64,000 bases of DNA from an uncultured Alphaproteobacteria bacterium. GTDB lineage: Bacteria; Pseudomonadota; Alphaproteobacteria; SP197. The translations under genes were made by a program, and so were the position numbers. The DNA is taken from contig CALIUG010000107.1 of NCBI GenBank assembly GCA_938048755.1, forward strand, positions 3,994 to 67,993, written 5' to 3'. This document shows, one piece after another, positions 1 through 8,558 of the stretch (positions within the stretch are counted from its first letter, which is position 1; every line of letters begins with the position of its first letter). The notes under the pieces are model-generated. The model saw nothing but the letters and a program-made list of their open reading frames with translations, was not told where the DNA came from and did no database searches.

Positions 1-318
1 AAGCCCGATCAGGGTGCTCCAAGTAGTCCGCCCGTGCAGGAAGGACTTGGTACCGTCCAGCGGGTCGATCAGCCAAAGCCATTCCTTCTCGCCACCTTCC
101 AGGCCGAACTCCTCGCCATGGATGCCGTGATCCGGACATTCGGCGGCGATCAGGGCGCGGATTGCGGTCTCGGCCTCGCGGTCTGCCTGGGTTACCGGAC
201 TTTCATCGGGCTTGAGGTCCATGGATATGCCGCTTTGCCAATGACGCATCAGCACGGTCTCTGCTGCGTCGGCGGCGCGGCAGGCCAGGTCGATCCAGGC
301 GGGAGGTACATGTTCCAT
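1..318 (-). CDS. Inositol monophosphatase family protein (SuhB/HisN-like), 5' part only; gene continues beyond window start
   Basis: Minus-strand translation from ATG at 318 gives MEHVPPAWIDLACRAADAAETVLMRHWQ...EKEWLWLIDPLDGTKSFLHGR. This contains the classic IMPase motif W-[IV]-D-P-[IL]-D-G-T at the expected ~residue 85. It is not in the ORF track because it runs off the window edge. Confidence 0.6.
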   Translation of the reverse strand, partial: MEHVPPAWIDLACRAADAAETVLMRHWQSGISMDLKPDESPVTQADREAETAIRALIAAECPDHGIHGEEFGLEGGEKEWLWLIDPLDGTKSFLHGRTTWSTLIGL

Positions 319-398
319 GATGGCGTGAGCATCCCTTTCGTATCGCTTCGTGACAAGCCTGCGATTGCCTTGCATCCACAAAGAAGCACAATGGCGTC

Positions 399-1640
399 AT
401 GACAACGCTTCTCCGCACCCTGGTGATTGCGGCTCTTGCAGCGGCACCGGCTCACGCGCAGACCAGTCCCAATGCGCCCAACGAGCCGGTCGGCCAGCAC
501 TACCTGATCATCCAGGATGATCTGCCTGCGCCCTATGCGACCGAGAGCGTCAGCAATAGCGGCGACCTCCATCGGATCCCCGATCCGCCGGTTCTGAACC
601 TGCCCAGGGGCTTCACGGTCAACCTGTTTGCCTCTGGTTTTGATCATGCGCGCTGGCTTGCCACGGCCCCCAACGGCGACATCTTCATGGCCGAATCCCG
701 CGAAGGACACATCATGGTCCTGCGTGACGCCGACGGGGATGGTGTTGCTGAAACACAATCGGTCTATTGGTCGCGCATGAACCTTCCCACGGGCATGGTG
801 TTTCGGGACGACGGATTCTATGTCGCCGATACCGAGGCAGTCTGGCGTTTTGATTATGAGGAGGGTGACCTCGAATCAGACCGGGCACCGCTCAGAATGT
901 CCGTCACGGATGCCCTGGGCGGATCACGGGGGCATTGGACTCGCACGCTCGCCTTCGCGCCCGATGGCGATGACTTCTACGTCGCCGTGGGATCACGCGA
1001 CAACGAATCCATCGAGAGCGAACCGCGCGCGACAATCCAGGTTTTCGAGGATGGCGCCAGCACACCACGGACCTTCGCATCGGGTCTGCGCAACGCCGTG
1101 GGCATGGCCTTCCATCCCGCCACCGGTGAGCTCTACACGGTCGTTAACGAACGCGACGGTTATGGAGACGACCTTGTGCCTGACTACTGCACGCGCGTGC
1201 GCGATGGCGCGTTCTACGGCTGGCCTTATGCCTATTCAGGAACCAACCCCTCGCCTGATTACGGTGACCGTGCGCCCGAGCTGGTCGCGCAATCCCTGGA
1301 ACCCGATGTCATGTTCCAGTCCCATTCCGCGCCACTGGGGCTGGTCTTTTATGACGGCACGATGTTCCCGGCGGACTATCAGGGGGATGCCCTGGTCAGC
1401 CTGCATGGTTCCTGGAATCGCTCTGTCCCGGCCGGCTACAAGATCGTGCGCGTCCGGTTCGAGGACGGAAGGCCGGTTGGCGGCTACGAGAACTTTGCCA
1501 CGGGGTTCTGGTTCGCCGGTGACAAGGAGGCAGAACTTTACGGCCGTCCGGTCGGTATGACGGTCGCGGCAGATGGAGCCCTGCTCATTGCCGATGACGG
1601 GGCCGATGTCATCTGGCGTATTGCCTATGAGGAACCATGA
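399..1640 (+). CDS. PQQ-dependent soluble sugar (glucose/sorbosone) dehydrogenase family protein with N-terminal signal peptide
   Basis: 413 aa. N-terminus MTTLLRTLVIAALAAAPAHAQ is signal-peptide-like. Body resembles the GSDH/YliI beta-propeller family (repeated DGxxYV / NAVGMAFHP / GLVFYDG segments). It overlaps the NUDIX gene by ATGA. Confidence 0.7.
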   Translation: MTTLLRTLVIAALAAAPAHAQTSPNAPNEPVGQHYLIIQDDLPAPYATESVSNSGDLHRIPDPPVLNLPRGFTVNLFASGFDHARWLATAPNGDIFMAESREGHIMVLRDADGDGVAETQSVYWSRMNLPTGMVFRDDGFYVADTEAVWRFDYEEGDLESDRAPLRMSVTDALGGSRGHWTRTLAFAPDGDDFYVAVGSRDNESIESEPRATIQVFEDGASTPRTFASGLRNAVGMAFHPATGELYTVVNERDGYGDDLVPDYCTRVRDGAFYGWPYAYSGTNPSPDYGDRAPELVAQSLEPDVMFQSHSAPLGLVFYDGTMFPADYQGDALVSLHGSWNRSVPAGYKIVRVRFEDGRPVGGYENFATGFWFAGDKEAELYGRPVGMTVAADGALLIADDGADVIWRIAYEEP

Positions 1641-2191
1641 GCAACGAAACGGCACAGGGACCGGTCCACCCGCGCATCCCCGAGGGCGACAACCGCGAGC
1701 GTCTGGTCTGCAACGATTGCGGCTTTGTCCTCTATTCCAACCCGAAGGTCATGGTGGGTTCCGTGGTGCATTGGGAGGAACGTGTCCTGCTGTGCCGGCG
1801 CGAGATCGAACCACGCGCCGGTTTCTGGACCCTGCCGGCAGGCTTCATGGAGAACGGCGAAACCACCGAACAGGGCGCGTTGCGCGAGGCACGCGAGGAA
1901 ACCGGTGCCGACATTGCGCTTGACCATGTTCTGGCGGTCTACAACATCCCGCGTATCAGCCAGGTCCAGGTAATCTATGCCGGACGGTTGCTGTCACCCG
2001 ACGTGCATGCCGGTGACGAAACGCTGGAGGTCGGGTTGTTCACCTGGGACGCCATCCCCTGGGACGATCTGGCGTTTCCCTCGGTGCGCTGGGCGCTCGA
2101 ACATTGGCGCGAAGCCAGGCAAACCGGCGATCAGACCGCCCGTTCCAACCCATCTGGCGAAACGGGTGATTATCGTCACTTGAAGTCGTGA
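1637..2191 (+). CDS. NUDIX hydrolase with N-terminal zinc-ribbon
   Basis: Nudix box GFMENGETTEQGALREAREETG matches GX5EX7REUXEEXGU. N-terminal CNDCGF suggests a Zn ribbon. 4-nt ATGA overlap with the upstream gene. Confidence 0.85.
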   Translation: MSNETAQGPVHPRIPEGDNRERLVCNDCGFVLYSNPKVMVGSVVHWEERVLLCRREIEPRAGFWTLPAGFMENGETTEQGALREAREETGADIALDHVLAVYNIPRISQVQVIYAGRLLSPDVHAGDETLEVGLFTWDAIPWDDLAFPSVRWALEHWREARQTGDQTARSNPSGETGDYRHLKS

Positions 2192-2231
2192 TTACGTTCA
2201 TCGTTTCAGAAGGGAACGCAATGCCGCGTTG

Positions 2232-2256
2232 GTCGTTATCTAACCAAGATAACGAC
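2232..2256. promoter_or_regulatory. Perfect 10-bp inverted repeat GTCGTTATCT-aacca-AGATAACGAC immediately upstream of small ORF 2270
   Basis: Palindrome seen directly in the sequence, 14 nt upstream of the ATG at 2270. Candidate operator or RNA hairpin. Confidence 0.3.
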
Positions 2257-2269
2257 AATAAGGCCAAGA

Positions 2270-2545
2270 ATGAGCGACTTACATGCCGAAACGGCCCTCT
2301 GGATTGATGGTCTACGCCAGCGTGCCGACAAGGCGGAACAGCGCCTTGCCACCACCGATTCATTCCGTGACCAACGCAGGGATGCCGACGAACGTCTGGC
2401 CCGGTTCCGCACAGGTCTCGACCTGATGGGCAGCGACAAGAAGGACGCCACGCCTGAAGAGCGCACAACGCTGGAGACCATGGCCGACGATCTTGATGAA
2501 GCTGTCGAGAGCTTCCTCGTCAAGCTCAAGAACGCTGCAGAGTAG
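2270..2545 (+). CDS. Small hypothetical protein (91 aa)
   Basis: ORF with genome-typical high GC3 codon usage and AAGG upstream. No recognisable family. The antisense ORF 2236..2574 is Ser/Ala low-complexity and was rejected. Confidence 0.4.
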   Translation: MSDLHAETALWIDGLRQRADKAEQRLATTDSFRDQRRDADERLARFRTGLDLMGSDKKDATPEERTTLETMADDLDEAVESFLVKLKNAAE

Positions 2546-2548
2546 GGT

Positions 2549-3178
2549 TCAGCCGACCTTGTCGATGCTGTCAACGATATGGGCGACGATGCCGTATTCC
2601 TTGGCTTCTTCAGGGCCCATCCAGTAGTTCCGATCGGTGTCCTTGGCGACCCGCTCGACCGGCTGGCCCGTTTCCTCGGCGATGATCTGGTTCAACCGGT
2701 CACGCATCTTGAGGATTTCCCTGGCCTCGATATCGATCTCGGTCGCCTTGCCGCCGACGCCACCCATGGGCTGATGCAGCAGGAAGCGCGTGTTGGGCGT
2801 GCAGTAGCGGTTTTCCTTGTCCGCAGAGAGATAGATGTGCGCACCCGCGCTGGCGACCCAGCCGGTGCCGATCACCTTCACCGGTGCGGCAACAAACCGG
2901 ATCATGTCGTGGATGGCATCGCCGGACTCCACATGGCCACCGGGTGAACTGATCACCAGACGGATGGGATCGTGGTTCTCTTCGCTCATGGCGATCAGCT
3001 GGGCGCAGGTTTCGCGCGCGGCCTTTTCGTTGATCTCGCCAAACAGCAGGATCGTGCGCGAATCGAACAGGATCTTCATGACTGCGCGGTTTTTCTCGTC
3101 CTTCTTGGACTTCGCGTCGTCCTTTTCGTCCTTGTCGTCGTCATCGTCGGCGACATAACGCGCATCGAAATCGATCAT
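2549..3178 (-). CDS. ClpP-family serine peptidase paralog (S14) with atypical Asp/Lys-rich N-terminal extension
   Basis: VISSPGGHVESG, GWVASAGAHI (Ser nucleophile), LLHQPMGG (His) and DTDRNYWMGPEEAKEYGIV (Asp) give a full ClpP fold and triad. The canonical ClpP N-terminal axial-loop region is replaced by MIDFDARYVADDDDDKDEKDDAKSKKDEKN. The start could alternatively be the Met at ~3079. Confidence 0.75.
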   Translation of the reverse strand: MIDFDARYVADDDDDKDEKDDAKSKKDEKNRAVMKILFDSRTILLFGEINEKAARETCAQLIAMSEENHDPIRLVISSPGGHVESGDAIHDMIRFVAAPVKVIGTGWVASAGAHIYLSADKENRYCTPNTRFLLHQPMGGVGGKATEIDIEAREILKMRDRLNQIIAEETGQPVERVAKDTDRNYWMGPEEAKEYGIVAHIVDSIDKVG

Positions 3179-3249
3179 GATGGTGTCCGTGATTGGGTCT
3201 GAAACGTCGGGGCCTCTGACATAAGAGCCGGTTGCCCCATTTGCAAGCG

Positions 3250-3717
3250 TCAGGGCGTGGTGCCAGGCGTTTCGGGCAGGGAAACGCCGATCATGGCATC
3301 GCGGCTGACCTGTGCTGCCAGGGCTTCCTCGCTCCAGCCCTGCGTGCCTTCCGGGCGCATGGGCAGAACCATGTAGCGCATGTCGGCGGTGGAATCGTGC
3401 ACGCGGATCTCCGTGGTTTCGGGCAGCTCGGTGCCGAACTCGGCCAGAACGGCGCGGGGCTCGACCACCACGCGCGCACGATAGGCCGGGTCAACCCAGG
3501 CGCGCGCCACCATCTTTGCCCCTCCGGCAGGCGAGCGTGCATCCATGCGTTCGATGGTGCGCCGTTCCTCGTCAGCCGTGTAGATGCCCTTCTCGATCAG
3601 TAGCTCGCGCAGGGCACGCACCAGCAGCATGTGTTCGCTGGGCGGGCCTGCATCATCATCGGGCTGGAACGGGTGGGGGTGGTCATGATCGTGGCCGTGC
3701 TTGTGGTCAGAGCTCAT
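3250..3717 (-). CDS. Nitrile hydratase alpha-subunit-like protein, degenerate (no cysteines; metal-centre segment deleted; His-rich N-terminus)
   Basis: It aligns to both flanks of NHase alpha. The N-side [17 protein letters not shown]...[20 protein letters not shown] matches the 'LIExGxxT...GAKVVAKAWxDPEY' region. The C-side [60 protein letters not shown] matches the 'REPRxLLKEFGxxxPxxxEIxVWDSSSExRYxVLPxRPAGTDGWSEEEL..RDSMIGV' region. The ~45 aa between them (VCTLCSC metal site) is absent in-frame and the protein has 0 Cys. N-terminus is [17 protein letters not shown]. Confidence 0.7.
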   Translation of the reverse strand: MSSDHKHGHDHDHPHPFQPDDDAGPPSEHMLLVRALRELLIEKGIYTADEERRTIERMDARSPAGGAKMVARAWVDPAYRARVVVEPRAVLAEFGTELPETTEIRVHDSTADMRYMVLPMRPEGTQGWSEEALAAQVSRDAMIGVSLPETPGTTP

Positions 3718-4004
3718 TGCGCCGCCTCCAGCCAGTGTTCGTAGAGTTCGACCTCGATGGTGTCATCGGGCGTTTCGGCGCGTTCCGACCACAGGTGCTC
3801 CATGGTGAAACGCACACGATAGAGCGGCTGTTCCGGTTTGCCGTCGCCGTGATGGGCCAGGGTTTCGGGGTTGCCGAATACGCCGCACAGACGCTCGACC
3901 ACACCACACCGCCCTTTCACATAAGTCGGCACGCGATGGTGGTGGCGGGGAAACCGTTCTGCGACGATCACACGGTCGCCGGGACTGAACTTTACATCGC
4001 TCAT
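3714..4004 (-). CDS. Nitrile hydratase beta-subunit C-terminal (SH3-like) domain protein
   Basis: [68 protein letters not shown] matches the NHase beta C-terminal half 'KFKxGDxVRxxxxxPxGHxRxxRYVRGKTGTVVxHHGAxIYPD...EHLYTVRFTAQELW'. It has ATGA overlaps with both neighbours. Confidence 0.7.
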   Translation of the reverse strand: MSDVKFSPGDRVIVAERFPRHHHRVPTYVKGRCGVVERLCGVFGNPETLAHHGDGKPEQPLYRVRFTMEHLWSERAETPDDTIEVELYEHWLEAAQ

Positions 4005-4321
4005 GGCGCGGCCTTGCGCAGTGCGGCAATCCGAGTGGCGATCTCGTCTTCGCTCACCACGCCTTTTTCCACCACGATCATGCGGATCGATTCGATCCAG
4101 CGCTCGTAATAGCCCAGCTTCTCATAGGCGTCCGGGCCCAGGGTCTCGATGCCCCGGCGCAGTTCGTCGACCCGCATGAGACCACGCTTCTCGTCCGAGA
4201 GCAGGGTCAGCATGGCATCCACCTGCTTTTCCCAATGGGCGGGGTTGTGTTCGGTCTGATCAACTGGTCCGGCCTCAAGGCCAGCCAGGTCGTGGTATCC
4301 GCGATGATGGTCGTTGTTCAT
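4001..4321 (-). CDS. Nitrile hydratase beta-subunit N-terminal domain protein
   Basis: MNNDHHRGYHDLAGLEAGPVDQTEHNPAHWEKQVDAMLTLL...LGPDAYEKLGYYERWIESI matches the NHase beta N-terminus 'MNGVHDxGGxxGxGPxxxxxxEPVFxxxWExxxFAM...MxPAEYLxxxYYExWL'. The split-beta arrangement is the one known from toyocamycin NHase (ToyK/ToyL) and thiocyanate hydrolase. Confidence 0.7.
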   Translation of the reverse strand: MNNDHHRGYHDLAGLEAGPVDQTEHNPAHWEKQVDAMLTLLSDEKRGLMRVDELRRGIETLGPDAYEKLGYYERWIESIRMIVVEKGVVSEDEIATRIAALRKAAP

Positions 4322-4353
4322 GGCGCGATGATGGAACGCGGTTGCGTTCGAGT

Positions 4354-5277
4354 CTAGGAGAGCCCCATCAGGGAACGCGCAAACTCATCAGCCTTGAAGG
4401 GGCGCAGGTCTTCTGCACTTTCGCCCACGCCGATGGCATGGATCGGCAGGCCGAACTTGTCAGCAAGGCCCACGATCACGCCGCCGCGCGCTGAACCGTC
4501 CAGCTTGGTCACGACCAGCCCGGTCACGTCGCACATGGCCTGAAAGGCCTCGACCTGTGCATGTGCGTTCTGGCCGGTGGTGGCGTCCAGCACCAGGATG
4601 CGGTCATGGGGTGCATCAGGATCCAGCTTGGCAAGGACGCGCAGGACCTTCTGGAGCTCGGCCATCAGGTTGTCTTTGTTGTGCAGACGCCCGGCGGTGT
4701 CGATCAGCAGCAGGTCTGCGCCCTCGGCCCGCGCGGTTTCCAGCGCGCCGTAAGCCAGGCCCGCGGCATCGGCACCCTGCTTGCCAGCGACAACTGTGCA
4801 ACCGGTGCGCTGACCCCAGATCTGGAGTTGTTCGATGGCCGCAGCGCGGAACGTGTCGCCTGCTGCCAGCACGACCTTGAGCCCGGCATCACTATGGAGT
4901 TTGGCCAGCTTGCCGATCGTGGTGGTCTTGCCCGTGCCGTTCACGCCCATCATCAGCACGACATGAGGACGGTGGGACCGGTCGATCTCCAGGGGCTTTG
5001 CGAGCGGCCCCAGAATCTCCGCCACGCTTTCGGCCAGATCCGCGCGCACTTCCTCGTCGGTGACTTCCTTGTCGAAACGCTTGCGCGAAAGATCAGCGGT
5101 CAGTCTGGCAGCGGTTGTGACGCCCAGATCACCGGCGATGAGCGCTTCCTCGAGTTCCTCGAGTGCGTCGTCATCCAGCTTGCGCTTGGTGAAGATCGAG
5201 CCGATGGATTCGGTCAGGCGTCCCGACGACCGCGACAGGCCCGAACGCATCCGGGAGAACCAGCCACCCTCCGACAT
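4354..5277 (-). CDS. ftsY: Signal recognition particle receptor FtsY
   Basis: SRP GTPase motifs [41 protein letters not shown], with an acidic N-terminal A domain. Confidence 0.9.
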   Translation of the reverse strand: MSEGGWFSRMRSGLSRSSGRLTESIGSIFTKRKLDDDALEELEEALIAGDLGVTTAARLTADLSRKRFDKEVTDEEVRADLAESVAEILGPLAKPLEIDRSHRPHVVLMMGVNGTGKTTTIGKLAKLHSDAGLKVVLAAGDTFRAAAIEQLQIWGQRTGCTVVAGKQGADAAGLAYGALETARAEGADLLLIDTAGRLHNKDNLMAELQKVLRVLAKLDPDAPHDRILVLDATTGQNAHAQVEAFQAMCDVTGLVVTKLDGSARGGVIVGLADKFGLPIHAIGVGESAEDLRPFKADEFARSLMGLS

Positions 5278-6515
5278 CAGGCTGCCTCGGCCAGCAGGGT
5301 CGTGCCGTCGCTCGACGTGATCGCCAGATCGGCCAGGCTTCCTGCCGGCAGCGTGCCGGGCGTCGTCACCGGCGCGAAGTGTTCGCTGCGGCCCCGCCCC
5401 TCGGCCTCCACCAGGACCTGTGCCGTGGTTCCGACGCGATCAGCCAGGAACCGTGCAACGGCCTCGTCACCGGCCTGACGCAACCGCTGGGCGCGTTCCT
5501 TGCGCAGGGGCTTCTCCACGGCAGGCATGCGCGCAGCCGGAGTTCCCGGACGCTCGGAATAGGGAAAGACGTGGAGCCAGGTCAGCCCGCAATCGGCGAC
5601 GTGCTGCAGGGTGTTCTCGAACATGACGTCGGATTCGGTCGGGAAGCCGGCGATCAGGTCCGCGCCGAACACGGTGTCGGGGCGCAGGCGGCGCATCAGG
5701 TCACAAAACGCGATCGCCTGTTCGGGTGTGTGGCGGCGTTTCATGCGCTTGAGCACCATGGCATCGCCCGCCTGCAGGGAAAGATGCAGATGCGGCATCA
5801 GCCGCTCTTCCTCGGCAAAGGCGCGGTAGAGGCTTTCGTCGGCCTCGGCGATGTCGAGGCTCGTGATCCGCAGGCGCGGCAGGTCCGGCACCAGCTTCAG
5901 GATGCGGCGTGCAAGATCACCCAATGTCGGCTTGCCCGGAAGGTCATCACCCCAGGACGTGATGTCGACCCCGGTCAAGACGACTTCGCGATAGCCGGCT
6001 TCGACCAGTCCTGCGATCTCGCGCACCACTTCACCGGCCGGCACGCTGCGGCTGGGGCCACGGCCATAGGGAATGATGCAGAAGGTGCAGCGGTGATCAC
6101 AGCCGTTCTGGACCTGCACGAAGGCACGGACGCGATCCTCGAATCCCGCCAGCATGTGCGACGCGGTTTCGCGCACGTCGGCAATGTCGTTGACGCTGAC
6201 CCTCTCCGGCGCCCTGGCCTGCCATGTCCCGGCTTCCAGCTTTTCAACATTGCCAACGACGCGATCCAGCTCGGGCATCTTCGCCCAGGTGTCGGGATCG
6301 ATCTGCACGGCACAACCGGTCGCCACGATGTTCGCTTCGGGATGTTCCCGTCGCGCACGGCGGATGGCCTGGCGCGCCTGGCGTTCGGCTTCGGCAGTGA
6401 CGGCGCAGGTGTTGATGACGATGGTATTGCCGGACTCGCTCGTGCCCAGATGGCCGCGAATCACTTCTGATTCGTATGCATTCAGGCGGCAGCCGAAGGT
6501 CAGGACATCGGACAT
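5277..6515 (-). CDS. mtaB: MiaB-like radical-SAM methylthiotransferase (MtaB type)
   Basis: N-terminal MTTase domain TFGCRLNAYESE and radical SAM CxxxCxxC (NGCDHRCTFCIIP). The dapF-mtaB-ftsY arrangement is conserved in alphaproteobacteria. Confidence 0.75.
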   Translation of the reverse strand: MSDVLTFGCRLNAYESEVIRGHLGTSESGNTIVINTCAVTAEAERQARQAIRRARREHPEANIVATGCAVQIDPDTWAKMPELDRVVGNVEKLEAGTWQARAPERVSVNDIADVRETASHMLAGFEDRVRAFVQVQNGCDHRCTFCIIPYGRGPSRSVPAGEVVREIAGLVEAGYREVVLTGVDITSWGDDLPGKPTLGDLARRILKLVPDLPRLRITSLDIAEADESLYRAFAEEERLMPHLHLSLQAGDAMVLKRMKRRHTPEQAIAFCDLMRRLRPDTVFGADLIAGFPTESDVMFENTLQHVADCGLTWLHVFPYSERPGTPAARMPAVEKPLRKERAQRLRQAGDEAVARFLADRVGTTAQVLVEAEGRGRSEHFAPVTTPGTLPAGSLADLAITSSDGTTLLAEAA

Positions 6516-6516
6516 T

Positions 6517-7338
6517 TCAGGCCACCAGTTCGGCTGCGAGGATGCCGTGATAGGAGAGGGCGGTGGGTCCGGCCATCAGCACATGACCGTCTTCGCGCCA
6601 TGTCATGTCGAGTTCGCCGCCGGGCAGGGCAACCGTGATGCTGCGTTCGGTCAGGCCTCGGCGCACACCGGCAACGACGACAGCACAGGCCGCCGAACCA
6701 CAAGCCAAAGTCGGCCCTGCGCTGCGTTCCCAGACACGCACCCGGATGCGCTGCGGAGTCTCGACCGTGCAGAAGCTGATGTTGGCGCGTTCGGGGAACA
6801 TCGGGTGGTGTTCCAGCGCGGAGCCTGTGTGCGCCAGATCGACGGCATCGCAATCGTCCACAAACAGAACGGCGTGAGGATTGCCCATGTTCACGCAAAC
6901 GGCGGCGGGAGCATCGGGTCCCAGGTCGACCTCTGCCGTATCGGTCTCTTTTGCGAGGGGGATGGCATCCCAGGTGAGCCGGGCTTCGCCCATGTCGACG
7001 CTGATACCATCCGGGGTTGCCTCGCTGGCCAGCAAACCTGCGACAGTTTCGACAACGATCCTGTCTCGGCCGGTCTCATCCATGACCAGACGTGCAACGC
7101 AACGCGTGGCATTGCCACAGGCCTGGGCGTGGCTGCCGTCCGGGTTCCAGATGCGCATGAACACATCGCCATGCTCGGAAGGTTCCATGCGGATGAGCTG
7201 GTCACAGCCCACGCCGGTATGGCGATCGGCAATCGCGCGGATCATGTCCGGCGACAGGTCGAGCGCACGCTCGCGGGCATCAACGATGACAAAATCGTTG
7301 CCCAGTCCGTGCATCTTGAGAAAGCTGACCGTATCCAT
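6517..7338 (-). CDS. dapF: Diaminopimelate epimerase
   Basis: Begins FLKMHGLGNDFVIVD. The two catalytic Cys regions GNATRC and ACGSAACA are present. Length 273 aa. Confidence 0.9.
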   Translation of the reverse strand: MDTVSFLKMHGLGNDFVIVDARERALDLSPDMIRAIADRHTGVGCDQLIRMEPSEHGDVFMRIWNPDGSHAQACGNATRCVARLVMDETGRDRIVVETVAGLLASEATPDGISVDMGEARLTWDAIPLAKETDTAEVDLGPDAPAAVCVNMGNPHAVLFVDDCDAVDLAHTGSALEHHPMFPERANISFCTVETPQRIRVRVWERSAGPTLACGSAACAVVVAGVRRGLTERSITVALPGGELDMTWREDGHVLMAGPTALSYHGILAAELVA

Positions 7339-7466
7339 GTCGCGCCTTATATGGCGCTCTCTTTCGGGCGTCCAATGGGTGGTTGCCGGTTTGACCGGGG
7401 CATGTTTTGGTCAGGCAACCGATTCTGGCGCACGGATGGCGCCGCATGCAGCCCAGAGGCTCTTTC

Positions 7467-7946
7467 ATGACCACGCTCAACGTCCTGCCCATTCTGGAAC
7501 GCCGACGCATTCAGGCTGAGGTCGTCAAGCCGATCTATGAAGCATTGAAAGCCGAATCCGGGGAGGAAACGGCAAAGCGGGTGATCGGTGCTGCCATCAT
7601 TGCCGCGGCGATCGAAGAAGGGCAGGAATTCGCTCGAAAACACGGTGAAAACGGTGGAATCGAAGGATTTCTCTCGTTCCAGCACCTGTGGGATGCCGAC
7701 GGTGCACTCGAAACCGAGGTCATCAAGGAATCCGGAAACGAGTACATCTACAAGGTCACGCGCTGCCGATACGCAGAAATGTATAAGGAAATGGGCGTGG
7801 GCGAGATCGGGTTTCAGCTATCCTGCAACCGGGACGGGACCTTTGTTGAAGGGTATGATCCCCGCATCCGGTTCAGGCGCACGCAAACCATCATGCAGGG
7901 CGCCAGCCACTGCGACTTTCACTATTCCATGACTGGAGACGATTGA
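7467..7946 (+). CDS. Putative L-2-amino-thiazoline-4-carboxylate hydrolase (ATC hydrolase) family protein
   Basis: ~160 aa with a Cys/His pattern (TRCRY...CNRDG...HCDFHY) reminiscent of PF14196. The start is ambiguous between 7446 and 7467; the track ORF begins at a TTG at 7407. Confidence 0.4.
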   Translation: MTTLNVLPILERRRIQAEVVKPIYEALKAESGEETAKRVIGAAIIAAAIEEGQEFARKHGENGGIEGFLSFQHLWDADGALETEVIKESGNEYIYKVTRCRYAEMYKEMGVGEIGFQLSCNRDGTFVEGYDPRIRFRRTQTIMQGASHCDFHYSMTGDD

Positions 7947-8033
7947 TGACAGCAAGGTTCCTTTCTCTGGTGTCTGCTGACGGCCTGCAACAGCGGTGAC
8001 AGCTTTCTGGAATGGGATGAGGAAACTGCGGCC

Positions 8034-8477
8034 ATGCTGGCAGCCCAGGAAGCTGCGGCAGAGCAGGAAGCCGCCGGGCAGTCGGGAGCTGCAGCAGATG
8101 GCGATGTCGGCCTTGTCATGCCGCACGCAATTCTGCGCGACTCCGGCGAGCTGGAGGTCGGCGAGCTGGCGGTTGTTCCTCCCAGTGGTGACAGCAGGCA
8201 GGCAACCGCCACCTTGACGAATGGTGACGTCTGCAGTGGCGGACTGGTCGGCACCGGAGACAATCGCGGAACCTTTGCACTTTCCTGTGAATCCGGAACA
8301 GTCTGGCTGGGTGACTACATCTTCGCCCAGGCAGATCTGGGCAGTGCCGTGATGCGCGACCACAGAAGCGCGCCGGCACGAATGGTTTATGGTGCCGATG
8401 CTGCCGACATCGAAGCCGGTCTGGTGGATTTCGAAAGCGTCTGGGCATCCCGCGAAGCCATGGCGATGCAGGAATAG
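8034..8477 (+). CDS. Hypothetical protein (147 aa)
   Basis: Only sizeable sense ORF in the 7946-8559 gap, with moderate GC3. No family recognised. Low confidence. Confidence 0.3.
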   Translation: MLAAQEAAAEQEAAGQSGAAADGDVGLVMPHAILRDSGELEVGELAVVPPSGDSRQATATLTNGDVCSGGLVGTGDNRGTFALSCESGTVWLGDYIFAQADLGSAVMRDHRSAPARMVYGADAADIEAGLVDFESVWASREAMAMQE

Positions 8478-8558
8478 ACGGGCAGAATCCTCGAATTCTC
8501 CGGGGCGAGTGCCATATGAAGAAGCCCCGGACGACCTCTTTGATGGTGAAACAACCCG

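Noticed and set aside
34-758. ORFs 34..402 (+) and 249..758 (-)
   Set aside because: 34..402 is antisense to the IMPase-family gene, which carries the diagnostic WLIDPLDGT motif. 249..758 is antisense to the PQQ sugar dehydrogenase. Neither has a recognisable family.
3250-3717. NHase-alpha-like ORF interpreted as an NHLP-type RiPP precursor or as a frameshifted NHase pseudogene
   Set aside because: - There is no Cys-rich core peptide or GG cleavage motif, and it is 155 aa long (NHLP leaders are ~80 aa), so it is not an NHLP precursor.
- The deletion of the metal centre is cleanly in-frame with continuous homology on both sides and intact coupled neighbours, so it is not a simple frameshift pseudogene.
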